Positions 63,079-64,000 of a stretch of DNA of 64,000 nt are shown piece after piece. The translations under genes and the position numbers were made by a program. Position 1 is the first letter of the stretch, and each line of letters starts with the position of its first letter. This DNA is from Cyanidioschyzon merolae (Eukaryota), in NCBI GenBank assembly GCA_000091205.1, contig AP006501.2. One strand, given 5' to 3'. The notes beneath the pieces are model-generated. The model searched no databases and was not told the DNA's origin. It saw nothing but the letters and a program-made list of their open reading frames with translations.

Positions 63079-64000
63079 GCAGGCAACTTGGCCGTATGCT
63101 TGATCATATAAACGAGTCTCATGGTACCGAATAGCTCATTGTTTGACTCGGAATAATGAATTCTGAAACACCTGCATCAGCACGCCCTGTTTGTTTTTTC
63201 TACGGGTATTCAAGAGGAGTGTATCTTGCACACCGGAGAAAGGTCGCCGAACGACCTTATGTCGTCACTGCTTCCTCATGAGAAAGCCCGCTTTACTAGT
63301 GCACGGCAGACATTCTCCGGACAGCCTCGCTTCACACACGAACAAGGCTCTCTGCAAAAAGAAGCCCTTTACAGCAATACAGACCCGTCCCGGACTCCGA
63401 GCGCCCTCGCGCCCCCATCACTGGCATCGGGGTACGACGGGCACCAGGCGGCACACCGGCATGTAGAGTGACGGTGCAAGGACCGTTCTCACCGGCCTGC
63501 GTAGCGTATCCAGCAGAGGCGCACGCCTTCTCGGCTTTATTCAGAGGTCGTCCGTGAGCGTCCAGACGTCTCATGCGGACGCTCTTCGGCATGTATGCAT
63601 GAGACTGCGCTGGGCGGTCGCCAATGGTTTCGGTTGTACGCAGACAAGACGGGTGCGTTCCCCAAACGGCTCAGTGACGTGGGAAAGGAAACGACTGAGC
63701 AGTCGCGTCGTCCGGTGGGGAGCCCCATCGAGCGGCACCCGACGCGGCGCACGAGGCCTGTGATCCCGCTTCATCGACCGGAGCTTCCCGCGGGAGCAAG
63801 CATCGACGCTGCACTGTGCCCATCGATGCGTTCAGGGCGTTATGCAAGCGGCACCAGCACGGGCACACGCTGAGGCGGGCACAGAAGAAGAGCGCGAAAC
63901 ATGCGCGCTCGGATGCACCGGATGGTAAGCGATAAGCAGCGTGCACGTCAGACGCAGAGCCAATCGCAAGTGAGCGGCTCGATATCGCGTGATCCAGCAA

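Noticed and set aside
1-64000. CRISPR arrays, rRNA genes, LTR retrotransposon or reverse-transcriptase ORFs
   Set aside because: No regularly spaced short direct repeats, no rRNA-like conserved blocks, and no RT, integrase or gag-like motifs were seen in any frame.

Overview
This window reads as eukaryotic nuclear DNA of about 58-60% GC from a photosynthetic, plastid-bearing organism with few or no introns. Reading frames of 2-3.5 kb run uninterrupted. Recognisable genes include cytosolic ribosomal protein eS1/S3a, an actin-related protein, a fused trehalose-6-phosphate synthase/phosphatase, a PP2C phosphatase, an ankyrin-RING E3 ligase, an SGF29-like tudor protein and an RRM protein. Plastid or bacterial-type genes include a double-GroES Cpn20 co-chaperonin, a membrane-anchored rubredoxin, bacterial-type glutamyl-tRNA synthetase, a PsbP-domain protein, a small twin-arginine lumenal protein, an SfsA homologue, a TPMT-type methyltransferase, and an amidinotransferase-superfamily enzyme. 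Two non-gene structures stand out. First, a family of Fanzor-like elements (eukaryotic TnpB/OMEGA-type RuvC nuclease homologues) is present as five copies or fragments: two near-full-length but disrupted genes, an internally deleted MITE-like derivative, a solo 3' end and a solo 5' end. These elements are associated with a conserved ~80-nt tail immediately 3' of the ORF (seen in copies A and B), which is a candidate guide-RNA (omegaRNA) scaffold. Second, a 1.35-kb, ~99% identical inverted repeat pair brackets a 3.85-kb segment that carries Cpn20 and RPS3A. All product calls rest on motif recognition by eye. The ORF track uses alternative start codons, so CDS starts were moved to the first ATG where that was obvious.
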